Shown here piece after piece: positions 62,861 to 64,000 of a stretch of 64,000 nucleotides of DNA. The stretch is taken from positions 124,310,001-124,374,000 of the forward strand of contig JANJGN010000005.1 of NCBI GenBank assembly GCA_026770705.1, written 5' to 3'. The DNA is from Isurus oxyrinchus. Lineage: Eukaryota. Position numbers and translations under genes: made by a program. Under the pieces are notes generated by a model that searched no databases, was not told where the DNA came from, and saw nothing but the letters and a program-made list of their open reading frames with translations. Within the stretch, counting starts at the first letter, position 1; every line of letters starts with the position of its first letter.

Positions 62861-64000
62861 ATAGCTTTCCTACTATAAATACATTGCTTTGTACTAAATT
62901 TTGCTCATCTGCCTGTCCTACGTATTATAGTTTAAATCTCAGGGTATATGTTAAATCCACTTCCCAAAGACAAAGAGAATCATGAGGCGGCATGATACAT
63001 TTTAGTTAGTTCGTGTACAGTGATAAAGATCTCTGAACAATCCCTAAACATTCTGTTGTTTATCCACACAGTGGGCATTTTAAAGCACATTCTGGATTAT
63101 AGGGAAGACTATTTCCACTTACAGGAAGGGTTGGTTGTGCAGAACCTCAGCTGGTGGGTGAGGGGTGAGGGGGTTGGGGTGGCGTGGGGGAAATGGAGAT
63201 AATAAATTTGCATTTCAAATTTTCTAAAGTCATCATTAAACAAATGGTATTACTGATGGGTTTATGAAATCCTATATCTTATGTTAACAGTAAGGTAATA
63301 ATATTGTTTTATGCAATATTTTGCTCGAGTAATTTTGACGTAATGGTGAACTGCTTAAGTAACATTGGAACGGTGGCAAATATCAGAATCCAGAATGGCA
63401 GCAATTAGCATTAAACTTAACACTGCCTGCTACTGACTGAAATGGTTGTAATCCAGGCATTTTATCTATGTTCAACCCTCACCCACTTAATGTCTGAAAG
63501 CATAACCGTTTCCGAAAATGTCCATAGAAGGTGCCCAGCACTCCAATGGCTGGACATGTTGCTTAAAATGAATGGTGCAAAGCAGACTGTTACTAACAGT
63601 AAGTGAATTTGTGCCTAAACTGAACAGTTATAAAATTAAGTGATGGAAGTCCGCAACTTCACCAAGAAATAAATGACTCGCTTGCTAAATAAATGATGAG
63701 GCTACAGGCAAAGCTATTTGTGACCCATATGGAGCCATTTTGTCAAGTAAATTTAGCAATTCTGCTAAGCTTACTATTAAATTATACTATATTTTACGTA
63801 GCTTTATAAATCTAAAATGAGTTAACTTTTGTAGCTTCTTAGAAGCAATTAGATAAGACGCTCTACATGAAAAAATTATCAAAATTATAAAACATACAAT
63901 TTAATCACCCTCAGTTTTTAAAAAAATGTATTAATACACTAAACAATAAATATAAAAGAGTAATGGAGAAAAAGATGATGCAATAATATTTTACCACTCT

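Overview
This is eukaryotic, vertebrate genomic DNA, most likely from a shark or other cartilaginous fish; that is inferred from the CR1, L2, Penelope, DeuSINE and LF-SINE-like repeat content. The only host coding sequence I can support is one 182-bp internal exon of MRPS28 (mitochondrial ribosomal protein S28, S1-like domain) on the minus strand at 53315-53496. No other MRPS28 exon was recognised, so the rest of the window is probably intron (>53 kb downstream, >10 kb upstream). The introns are packed with decayed transposons. These include a two-LTR Gmr1-type Gypsy element with integrase before RT (32114-37103) nested in a LINE, a solo LTR inside a CR1 ORF1, several Penelope-like remnants carrying minimal hammerhead-ribozyme motifs, tRNA-derived SINEs and TIR-bounded MITEs. 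Three large low-complexity arrays generate all the long spurious ORFs. The best leads are a hammerhead motif with an intact catalytic core in the pre-mRNA sense (31333-31370), a repeat-poor block with clustered RBPJ/CSL sites (44790-46230, candidate Notch enhancer for the usual neighbour HEY1), and a perfect CTCF consensus site (16768-16781). I found no evidence for a wholly new biological system. Family names come from motif recall, not database searches, and most repeat boundaries are approximate.
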